DNA of 64,000 nucleotides from Neoechinorhynchus agilis (taxonomy: Eukaryota > Animalia > Acanthocephala), in NCBI GenBank assembly GCA_051530055.1, contig CM121342.1, positions 10,741,480 to 10,805,479 of the forward strand, in the 5' to 3' direction. Below are positions 49,946 through 60,873 of the stretch, piece after piece (the stretch's first letter is position 1; every line of letters starts with the position of its first letter). A model generated the notes under the pieces. It was not told where the DNA came from. It did no database searches and saw only the letters and a program-made list of their open reading frames with translations. The translations under genes and the position numbers were made by a program.

Positions 49946-51157
49946 ATGAACAAGGCCCAAGAAACCAATATCGGCAAAGAAGACGAAACGAGAACTCGAC
50001 CTCTGAATGCTCAATCAGCTCCAGATATGACGAAAGCTTCAACCGAAGATAAAAATGTAGCGAACCGCAAAAGAAAAAATTCAGAATCATTCGAAAATAC
50101 AGAAATCAAACGTCCGGCACAGGATACGGGTCATGAAGTTAAAATCCAATTATCCTCAAACATCAGTGAATGGCAAACAAGGGCTGACTCCAAGGCTAAA
50201 GGTGGTGATGAAAAGATTTCTAAAGGATCGGCTGAAATTAGCAGAAAGCCGGTAAACAATAAAGATAAAATATTGATACAAGAAAAAACCAAAAAGGATA
50301 ATTTAAGAGGAGAAACGTCGACGCAAAATGGAATGCTTGGAGAAATTGCCTATAAACTCTCTTTCGGCATTGACAAAAATTTTACAATAATCAGCGGAGA
50401 TTGGGTATGCCGAGTATTTGGAGAAATGATCTATGGAGAATTCTCCGCGGAGGAAATCCAGCGCTCAGGAGTAGTTCCGATGTTGTTGCAGATGAACAAT
50501 AATACAAAAAACATTCGTTATAAATACCTCATACAGAAATTGGCCGACAAATTCGGCGAAACAATCCGAGAGGCACGATTAGCCGCAGCAAAAAGTTCTG
50601 AGGAGTTGAAAGCCTCGCTGAAGAGAAAGCGCACATTTCCAATGAGCGAAGAACCTAGCGCTGCTCAAAGCGTCGACGACAAATCAGCGAAAATGTCTGA
50701 ATCATTGGATCATAAGGAAGTCGTTATAGCTGCCCCAAAGCGCCGGAAATACGTCTTTAATTGTGAAGCCAGGAAATCATTTCCCAGAAAAAAGAAGCTT
50801 GTTAAATCTGCAGGATCATCGCACAGTGAGAAAAGTTCCGAGGCCATTGAAAGGGCCCAAGAATCGCTTAAACCAATTAATCATGATTTGTCATTTTATT
50901 GCAGAGGATTGCGTATTGGACTTCATAAGGATAACAGGATATGGAATCTAGACTGGATTCGTCGAATGTTCCAGGAAATCATGGCAAAGGAAATAACAGC
51001 TGAAGACGTTCAAGCGTCACAAATCATTGAAATATTAGAAAAGATGATTAATCATGTGGCAAACAAAAAACATAAAGAATTAATTGAACCAGTGTATGCA
51101 AAAGTTAAAAATACCCTTGGAAGTTCAGTGGAACCAAAATCATTAGTTAGTGGATAG
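49946..51157 (+). CDS. Intronless 403-aa basic protein with two tandem LEDGF-IBD/TFIIS-N-like helical repeats
   Basis: Internal repeat LSFGIDKN...DWVCRVFGE...SAEEIQ...YKYLIQKL versus LRIGLHKDN...DWIRRMFQE...TAEDVQ...HKELIEPVYAKVKN, separated by K/R-rich low-complexity linkers. Confidence 0.7.
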   Translation: MNKAQETNIGKEDETRTRPLNAQSAPDMTKASTEDKNVANRKRKNSESFENTEIKRPAQDTGHEVKIQLSSNISEWQTRADSKAKGGDEKISKGSAEISRKPVNNKDKILIQEKTKKDNLRGETSTQNGMLGEIAYKLSFGIDKNFTIISGDWVCRVFGEMIYGEFSAEEIQRSGVVPMLLQMNNNTKNIRYKYLIQKLADKFGETIREARLAAAKSSEELKASLKRKRTFPMSEEPSAAQSVDDKSAKMSESLDHKEVVIAAPKRRKYVFNCEARKSFPRKKKLVKSAGSSHSEKSSEAIERAQESLKPINHDLSFYCRGLRIGLHKDNRIWNLDWIRRMFQEIMAKEITAEDVQASQIIEILEKMINHVANKKHKELIEPVYAKVKNTLGSSVEPKSLVSG

Positions 51158-51899
51158 ATTGGCAACAAGACATTTTTATCGAAATAAAGATGAACTCGAT
51201 TTTTGTGTTTAGAGTGTTAAAGAATCTTAATGAAAATCATAGCGACAATTAGAAAATCCAACCAATAGCCGTCAGTGATCGAACGATAAAATAGCCGATA
51301 AAGCTTCCATTAACAAATCGTTCAGGAGAATTTGTCTTTACTCCTAAACTCGTGTTGGTTAGATAATATGTTTCAAGCTAACAAGGCATCCTTTTGGTTT
51401 TATTAAAAATACAATATAACTCTTTGAGTCTTAGCTCCCAAAATTTTGAGGACAAGAAAACAAATTGTCCTACCGGAAAAACAATAACCCATGGACAACT
51501 TTGGAGACCTTTTTCAATCTTTCAAAAGTTCTGGAAAATAGAAGTTCTTGTTTTAAGCCAACGTAAATAACGGACGGAGAAAGTCGAAATACGTCGCTCG
51601 TATTCTAATGATGCATAAAATTAAATGATTTGCCTCAAACTTAATTTTTAGGTTGTCCGATTTTTGAAAAATTTTCACCCAAAAAACATAACCCATAATA
51701 TCCAGTGATATCCTTCGTAGGATTACAATAATGTCCAGTAGGATTACATTTTAAACTACTGCATGTTTTTTCTGTTAACGCTCATAAAGTCGACCTATAA
51801 CAATTTCATGTTTACGGCACTTCAAGGGCATTAATCTTAATAAAAAATTGAAAGTATTAAGGGTAAGGGCTATTTCCTCCCTCGCCAAGGGTTCATGAC

Positions 51900-52870
51900 A
51901 CGGATCTGACGGTTTGCGCCCTCAACACCTAAAGGATATGTTATCCTTCTCGACCTGTGCTGCGGGTAAACTCCTGGAATCTGCTCTGGTCAGAGCGGTT
52001 GACCTTTTCATCCGGGGTTCTCTTAGCGAATTCGCATTCCTGCTTTTCTTCTCGGCTTCTCTCTCTGTGCGCTTTCGAAAAAAGATGGCGGGACTCGTCC
52101 CATCGCAATCGGCTGCACTCTTCGGAGACTTGCAGGACAAAGGACGAAAAGGATAACGAGGGAACCGCGCTCGAGAAATTTTCTCGCTCGACGAATCGCA
52201 ATCGCGATACAGCGAGGCAACGCTGCCAGTATACTGGCAACGTCAAGAAGTTCACAGGAATAAATTGTAATCGTTGTAAAAAAAATTTAAAAATAGATTC
52301 AATATTAATGGAAAAAAATTAAAATAAAAGTTATTCGATTAATGGGGGCGTTCAAATTTTATAAGTTAAAAACAATGAACAATACATTTTTTATGTGTTC
52401 GGCAAATTCGGAATTGTAACAAAGCGATCGCCTTGCCGCATTTAAAAGCTGCAATCAAATCAATAAAATTACAAAGCGCAAATTCGTATCATGAACTCAA
52501 TTAATAATAAAGAAAATGTGCTTTGCTCTCGAAGTCTAAAAATGGTGACTTTTCGATAAAGCATTGGAACATTTAATTTTTTAATACCGTTCATGGCAAA
52601 AATTTACGCTCAAAATAATCGATTGAAAAGTTTTTGATTTTAATAATTTCTCCTTACAGTGTGAGCGCCAGAACGATATCCATTCACAATCGCCACTGCT
52701 CTAAAACTTTTAGCTTTTTTCAAACCGGTCGCCTTAAGCCGAGATGACGGTAAAAGACCGAAAAGTTCAGTGGGAAACTGTCTCCTTCCCGGAGCACCGA
52801 AAAAAAGGGAGAAGTTCAAATGCCTCGATCCGCCGCCATTTAAACGATCGGTTCCGTCAATCAGCGCAGA
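51900..52870 (+). mobile_element. CRE-like retrotransposon remnants: RT N-terminus (~51900-52135) and RLE piece (~52735-52870)
   Basis: GSDGLRPQHLKDM...FFSASL...KKDGGTRPIAIGCTLRRLA; RDDGKRP...KKREKFKCLD. Confidence 0.8.
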
Positions 52871-53051
52871 ATCTTTAACCAATGTTCAAAAAATGGCGCG
52901 ACAAAACAATGCTTTATCAGAGAATCACTGTAGGAAACGGAATGCCAGATTTGCGAGGCAGCAGCTCAGTATCTGAAGTCTTTCGTCCTCGTTGTTCTTT
53001 CGTTTTGAACATACCATCGACGGATACTTCATTTGAAGTAAGAACTCGAAA

Positions 53052-54484
53052 ATGGCTATTAAAAGAGCAAGACGCGGCCAACGCGGTCGAAAGAAGCCAT
53101 TACTTCGATCGCGTGCATCAGCGGTTGATGTGGTTGATTTGATTCAATCAAAAACGACGGAGCAGTCATCTTCATCAAGTGAAGAGTCCGACTCAAGTGA
53201 AGAAGGGAACGTTTGTGATGATCAATACGATATGAGTGTTTATAAGTTACTTCTGAGGGCTCAGACTGGATATCCTTGTCTTAGTTTTGATTTTGTTCCA
53301 CATTCTAAACCACCAATAGATTCGTCCAACGAACGATTATGCGTTACTTTGGTCGCTGGGACACAATCGGACATGGACGATCGGAACAGTTTAGTGGTTG
53401 CTCGAATGTCCGATATGAGATTTCGCTCGGACGATGAGACCGACCGGTCCGATGTGAACAGACCTAGATTCGATCAAGTCACTATAGGACATGATGGATG
53501 CACCAATCGGCTTCGATGCTGCCGTCCTGGCTCATCCGCAGGTCCTTTAAGCGCGGAGTTCGTAGCTACATGGTCGGATTCGGGGCAAGTCTTCATTTGG
53601 AACATTTCCCAACTCACACGTTCCTTGAGTAGTCCACCGTCAATTCGACAACGAGTGAATCATGTACATTTATAGCCAGCTTTTTCTACTTTACGCCATC
53701 AAAACTGGCTTTAAATATAGAATGCTTAAATTTCACCAGCACGAGTCCGCACAATTGCGAAGGATACGCTCTCGATTGGTCAAATTTGTCTGTCGGTTAC
53801 CTTTTGGCAGGTAATTGCAACGGCCTCATACGATTAATCCGGCCAGACGAATCCGGATTCTTAGAAGCCTGCGATTTAATTTTCAAGGGAGGATCAATTG
53901 AAGATTTACAGTGGTCGCCCATGTCCATCGATGGATTGAGTGTATCGTGAACAATCCATCGATGACGTAACGAGGAATCAGTATTCATTGCATGCTCAAC
54001 CGATGGATCTCTATTGGCATACGACGTCCGAGATCCATCTCGGTATCAATTGCGAGTTTCCCGTGCACATTCGAGCGACGTAAATGTTGTCACTTGGAAT
54101 AGATTGGGAGAGCCTTTTCTAGTGTCCGGCGGAGACGATGGTCTCTTAAAACTTTGGGATCTTAGAGCTTTGACTTCCTCACAATCATTTGGAGTCTTTA
54201 ATTATCATAAAAAACCAATCACAAGCGTAGAGTGGCACGCACACGAAAGTTCAATATTCGCGGCTTCGTCTGAAGATGACCAACTGTCTATTTGGGACCT
54301 TGCAGTGGAAAATGCAGTGGAAAATGGAGGCGGTATGGAAGATAATGGAATCTTGCCTCAATTGATTTTCAATCATGCGGGGCAGAAATCAATTAAGGAA
54401 GTTCATTGGCATGAACAAATCAGCGGTCTATTAGTCAGTACCGCTTTATCCGGATTCGATGTCATTAAAACAATAAATGCCTAA
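53052..54484 (+). CDS. GRWD1: Glutamate-rich WD40 protein 1 (Rrb1)
   Basis: GYPCLSFD, VAGTQ, EGYALDWS, IEDLQWSP, AHSSDVNVVTWN, SGGDDG, ITSVEWH, DQLSIWDLAVE, PQLIFNHAGQ and KEVHWH. Confidence 0.92.
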
Positions 54485-54537
54485 AAGCATTTTATTAACA
54501 AAAATCGTTTGAGGTATTTTTCACGCAAAATGGTACT

Positions 54538-56174
54538 TTAAATCTCCTTTTCGGGATCTTTCTTATCGTTGGTCAGCAAATCGAACCAACGATCAATCGG
54601 GTCCTAAAATTGTGGTAATTCTAAAAAGAAAAACAAACACCGTTACCTCAGAACGGTCGTATTCGAACGATGACTTATCATTGCTCATTGTGTTCAATTG
54701 AAAATCACTATCTAAGGAATCCAAAAGTAGATCAGAAGTGAAATCACAAGAGTTCGGTAAGTTGGTTTGGGAGGTAAAGATGCCGAAAACGTCATTGGCA
54801 TCCTCATAATTGTCATCTTTTTTATCCTCGTTCAACCACAATGTTTTCTCTACTGAGTGCAGATCTTTTAGTTCTACGGTTTCTCTCTTTCCTTCTTCAT
54901 CAATGATCAAATCTGAGCAACTAAAATATATCCCTAGACATATAATAAAGCTTTGAATTGTTTCGTAGAAACCTTTTACTTAAATCGTCAGATAAATCCA
55001 AAAGAGAATTGTTATCTTCTAACAGTAGACGTTCTTCGGCAAACGATCCATACGGTTCCACGGGGATTCCATTAAGTTGCTGAGCACGAACAACTTTTCG
55101 CCTTTTGTTTTTCAAAAAATCACAAACCTCCAAAGCGCAAAATCTATATTCAACTGGTGCATCAAGAACTTCCTGCATCCTTTGGAGAGGTTTCATCATC
55201 GACCTCCAAAACATAACCATCCCGTGGCAGTATGCTTTAAACACATTACAGCACTGCTTCTCGATCTCATTGATTTTAAATCGAAAAATAGTACTTTGGA
55301 GAACATATTACACCGACTGGCGCAAAGCATGTCTATCTTTTCGGTAATGTCTTTCTTTACCTCATCGTACTTGTCTTTTCGTTCCTTAACAATATTTTGA
55401 ACCTATGTTTTTTCAATAAAAACACGAACAATGAACGTGCTCGCGAGTGACACCGACACTTACACTTTGGTATTGAGAGAGTGTTTCAGGAATTTCCGGA
55501 TTCAAATCATTTTTAGATATCTCCTTTAGCCAAGCAAGGGACGCTCTAAATTCTGTTCTGAGTTTCATAAGGCGAGACATTGACTGCTCTGTGTCCATAA
55601 GTGCTTTTCGATGGAAAGTAGTAACTTCATTGTGAAGGCGAACGAGTGGAACTTTCACTGAAACTCTTTAAACATGGCCAAATAGCGCGAAAAGCCTTTG
55701 TCTTAAGACTCACCTCGCAGATGATGACATTGTAAGAATTGACGAAAAAACAGTCAGGACGGTATCTATGGTTCGACTGTGGTTTTCGCGTTCCTGATCG
55801 GATACTGCTTGTGAATCGCACGACCACGATGGCCCCCGAAATGAGCCATAATGAACGCTAAGCTCATCTTCAATTGAGCAAATAGAATCTATACATCGAA
55901 CGTATCCACCACAAATCCGTGTCAGGTTTAAAGATGACCGTTTCAGGGCTTTGAAAAGCTAAACATCAAATTAGTTCTCAAAAAGTCCCAAACCCCAAGT
56001 GCATACGTTCAATTTAGCTTCAAACAAATCGTCCTCACAGTACATATCACCTTCGTCCAGGCTTGCTCGCTTAATCCGGATTTTGTCTGTTATCAACTGT
56101 CTGGCAGTATATATCGTTCCTTTTAATTTCCACAAGGGTCTAATGTTACTCGCGCTATCTCTTCTCTCGCCCAT
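54538..56174 (-). CDS. ICA1: Islet cell autoantigen 69 kDa (ICA69/RIC-19), arfaptin-homology BAR domain
   Basis: VPLVRLHNEVTTF...RTEFRASLAWLKEISK, EKIDMLCASRCNM and C-terminal DRWFDLL. Confidence 0.82.
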
Positions 56175-56245
56175 CTGAAACGAAATAGAACACGCGGAGA
56201 GAAATTTGTAAAACAAAAATCTTTTTAGTGTGCACAAAAGACCGT

Positions 56246-59200
56246 TTACTTGGTACAATTGTTCAGAATACCGACTCCAAGTGTTAGATAGTCAAAGCAG
56301 AGCTGACAAACCCGGACGGGTTTTGTGAGGTTATACTTTACGATTTGAATTTCCAACTCGGAACATCGCTTGCACAAAATTCGTCCACAGTATCGGCTAC
56401 AATCAAGCAAAACAATCAGAGCTAAAACGCAGAGCTAGCGTTAATCGTACCAATGATGCCTTCTGGTTGTCATGGTGAATGGCATTTCGCAACTCATACA
56501 GAATTCATATTCTGCCCATGGAGGCTCTCGCTGAAGACTATCTAAAAATTAAAACAGTTAGAATCGCTGTTTGTGCTTATCAAACCACTTACCGAGCATT
56601 GAATACAAGAGGTTTTTTGTTGGTAGATCAAAATTAAATATGGATACCTTCGCATCATTAATGACAGCTAAACGAGCTCCCGCCTTTACGAGCGACCGAC
56701 AGAGGTTACCGTTGTTGTTCATGTACGCCAGCAGAAGAGCTTTTTGAAATATAAACGAAACGATTTTAGACGCACATAAAAGGAACAATAACTAACCTGA
56801 GTTACCATCTCGGTCTTCGCGATCCAATTGAAGCCCTCCGCTTATTTGAAGCTTACTGAGATGATCAAAAATGATTGAAGAATTTTCAGTACCATGCAAC
56901 GCTAATAAATGTGTCTCATGAGTTCGCTTCGACGAATTTCGCCATTAAAACAAACTCATGCTTTTAAAGCGTTATGTCCTTCTGCGTTCGTGTCAAGTGG
57001 ATTCGCTCCAAATGATGTGAGAATCGAAACGACATCGCTATCGCTGTTTTTAAGAGCCACGTGGAGAGCATTGTTCCCGTCGTTATTCTTCTCGGATAAA
57101 TCAATTCCATGGTCAAGTAAAATCGAACAGATTACGGGTTTCCGATAACGCGCTGCCACATGCAATGCCGTATCTCCATTCGCTGATTTACTGTTCAAAT
57201 CGCATCCAGTGAGAATGAGGTTTCGAATGATGAGTTCAGATCCAGTCTGAGCTACAATGTGAATAGGAGCAAGTTTACGACTGTCTCTAGTCTTTGAGTT
57301 TAAATTAACTCCGGAACTTATTAGAAAGAGAACCGACTCAAGATCTGATAGAACTATTGATCTATGAAGAAAATTATAGCCGTGTTGGTCAAATTTCTCC
57401 GCCATTTTAGGATCTCTTTTTAATATCATAGGAATCGCCTTTTCGTTTCGGCACTGAAGAGCGACAGCAAATGGAATAAGGCCTTTAGAGTTCTCAATGT
57501 CGAGTTTAAGTTGTGGAACTTTGAGTAAAAGACACACAATCACGTTTTGGTGGTTTTGAACTCCTAGATGCAGAGAAGTGTTGCCATCGGAGTCAACGCA
57601 ATTCACGTCTGCATTGGCTGCTATCAAAGCTTCGACCACATTCACGAGACCCCAAACACAAGCCATATGAAGCGGAGTGTATCGATCAGTTACTTCGTCC
57701 GGTACTTCACCATTCGGACCTGGACGTCTTGTGCAATTTACATCACATCCACTTAAAGATAAATCCGTTAGTCGGATGCAGCAGAACACGCGTGTGGTAC
57801 AACCTTTTGATTAAAAAGCAGGCGATGGCTTCATTGTTGATGTCTATGGCTTTATGGAGCATGGTTTGAAGGCATTGTTCGGGTCCGAGACTCCAACAGT
57901 TTGTATCGAATCCATGTCTAACCTAAATACATTTTGCTCGTCCTAGCAATAAAAGGGAAACGAAACCAAAAGAGAAGCAATGTCCTCGTCGTTGTTCTCC
58001 AATGCAATCCATAAAGCATTTTCAACTTCATAGGAGAACTTGACGCCTTTCTGGCATAGGACCTCAACTACAAATCGTAAACCACGTCTTACAGAATGCA
58101 AAAGCAAACTGCTTCCATCCGGGCATCTAAATACACGTAAAAAACAGAATTAAAATCATAAACTTTGTCACGTAAAACCCTTACGTTTGACTGAGATCTC
58201 CAATGTGTTCAAGTAGAAACAGCGTCGCTGGTGCATTTTGTCGGCTAATGGCATCATGAGCCAAGGACATATTAGTTTTTGAGCATATTCGATTGCAATC
58301 AGCGTTCAGAGCAATCATATCCGATGCAATGTTAAAACATCCTTTCCAAAGTGCGAGACTTAAAGGTGTTTCGCCAACTGAATCCTCTATATTAAAGTCA
58401 ATAGTATTTCCTGAACGTTGAGTAAGTTCACAAGAATCATCTAAACTCATCGAATGAGATAGTCATTCTAAGAAATAGCAACAAAAACTCACATGCCCAA
58501 CTGATGAGCTCTTTTATAACATCTAATCTGTTTAGTCTAAGCGCTCGATGCATTGGTGTCTCGCCAGCAACGTTCTCTTTCTCGCTGGCAAGCAAATTAG
58601 GATTGGCCCCCTTTTCAAGAAGTAACCGGCACAATCTCACTTCTCCTACTTCGGCAGCTAAATGAAGAGCAGTTTCTCCATTGTTATTGACGTGATCAAC
58701 TTTGTCTAAGTATGACAGTAGAAACATTGCACCCATTTGATAGCCAAACCGGATACATCTATGGAGAAGGGTTGAGCCATCAGATGATGCAGGTTCGAGA
58801 AGGGAACATCCAGTCCTGTAAAGTGCGTCCATTGTTTCTCTAAAAAACTGCTTTTTCTCGGTATTTTCCTCTTTTTCTAGATGTTGAATTGCGAGCCACA
58901 ATGGCGTCTCCTTTGAATGATTCTCGCATTCAAGTATTACTCTTGTATCATTGAGAAGGTGATTTAAAATCAAGTTAAAGTTTTTCGATTATTTACAAAG
59001 ATAAAAAATCAAATAATCGAAAAAGGTTATTGGCATTTGTTATGGATAGATGGAGGGCAGTGTTTCCGTTAGAGTCGATCGCGTTAATGTCCTCACACAA
59101 AGAAATGATTTTTCGGACGAGTTCATTGCATTGTTCGTTGTTTGGAGGTCGAGTTAAAAAGTGAAGAGCTGTACCGTGTTTCTCGTCCGGGATATTTATG

Positions 59201-60414
59201 TTACATGTATGTTCAACAAGAAATTGGGCGGCGTCATATTTACCTGTGTGTTTTTTTCAAAAATGTTTTTCCAATCACAATTTTTTTACAAACCATTGTT
59301 AATGTAATAGTGAAGGAGACATTTAAAATCCTCGATCGGATGATCAATATCGGCGCCATCTTCTATTAGAGTTTCTGCAATTGAGTATTGGTTCGTGGAA
59401 AGAGCCAGTTCCAGAGGTATTCGCCCGTTTTCGTCAGACTGATTCAGTTTCTCAATAGAGTTTTCACCTCTATTATTGAGCAAATACACGTATGCGACAT
59501 CATCTCGATGGATCTCAATAGCGCGATGAAGAGGATACAATGATCGGGATTGGAGCAAATCGTACAAATCGTCTATTTTGAGACAAGCAAACTCTTCGTT
59601 TTCAAAAGCAGCCTATAAAAAAACCGAAACTCGTTTCGTGTTAAAGGAAAAGAATACCCAATTGTCGAACAATATATCAGCGCAAAACTCTTTAGTTCTT
59701 AAAGCTTCGATCTCACATGCAAACTCATAGATCGAAATGACCGATTTGAGGTCAATAAATCCCATCAGAATGTACTCACATCTACTTTGAGGCATCACTG
59801 ACTTTAAAGTGATTACATAAAACATTAATAAACACCCACCTCTCAAATAACACACTGAGTTTGAGACGATTGGCAAGTAACATCATTTGCTTGATTTGGG
59901 CAATGGAATGCTCGTCATCGGGAAAATCAAGACGATCTGTGTAAAGAAAATCCACAAACTGTTTCGAGGTCTCAAGCGAGAATTCTAAACATTCTTTAGA
60001 TAGAATCGAAAATTCCGCTATCCAGAACCTGATAAATCTAGTTGTTCGTTAGCGAATTCGGAAATACGCTCAAGCCAAAAGTCTTCATGAGCTTGTAAAA
60101 CAAAACGATGACCAGGCATCAATGTATCTTCATTCAATTTAATCTTTATGTCTCTAAAGGTAATCACTAAAGGCGCTTGTAAGTTAGAATTGAAATACAA
60201 ACGAATACAATTCGTTATTCTCCAATAAAGCAATCGACTCCACAAGACGATGTATAAACGTTTTTGTTGATTTTGTAGGCCATTGAACTGATTCGAATAC
60301 GGCGTCCAGCTCATCTTTTACTGTCCTATATTTGCACTGAAGTTTTCTATATTGATTCTGCAGAATTCGAAGATTGACCATTAGGCGGTCAATCTGCTTC
60401 GATGCTGAAATCAT
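56246..60414 (-). CDS. ANKFY1: Rabankyrin-5: coiled coil, BTB, ankyrin repeats and C-terminal FYVE
   Basis: N-terminal LRILQNQYRKLQ...DIKIK...GHRFVL; many ankyrin repeats (TPLH, TALHLAA); EPPW...CMSC...RRHHCRYCGRILCKRCS...PVRVCQLC. Start codon uncertain. Confidence 0.92.
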
Positions 60415-60873
60415 AACATTCAAGAAAACAAATGAGTGTGAAACAGCGAACAAGGAAAGCTGGCAGCAGCCGGAGGTTGATGGCGGCAGATGATGTCCTT
60501 AAATACGCTGATTATACAAATAATCGATAGTTAAGTGTTAAAACGTCGCGTTTAGAAGAAAATACGAGTTTTTTCGTATATGGAGTCACAAATGAAAATC
60601 ACGGGAAAAAACTTTAAGCGATTCTTAACCGCAGCAGTAGCAGCAATTGAGCACATGAATAGTCAACAGCAATCTTACATGGGTTTTCCGGGTCCATTTT
60701 ATAAGTGCAAATTGCCTTGAGAAATGCAAAGTTTGTTTCCGACTCGTTTATCCGTCTCAAAATGACGCTAAAGTCTCTAGTTTATGAGTCAAACATGTAT
60801 ATAGCCAATTTTTTTATCAACGATTAACCCAAAAGACGATTTTATGAATATTTTTCAGAGAGAGGTCCAATAT

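Noticed and set aside
53923-53974. 12-bp hairpin overlapping a GRWD1 intron, suggesting a second structure-bounded intron
   Set aside because: A canonical 33-bp GT-AG intron (53942..53974) keeps the frame, so no anomaly is required.
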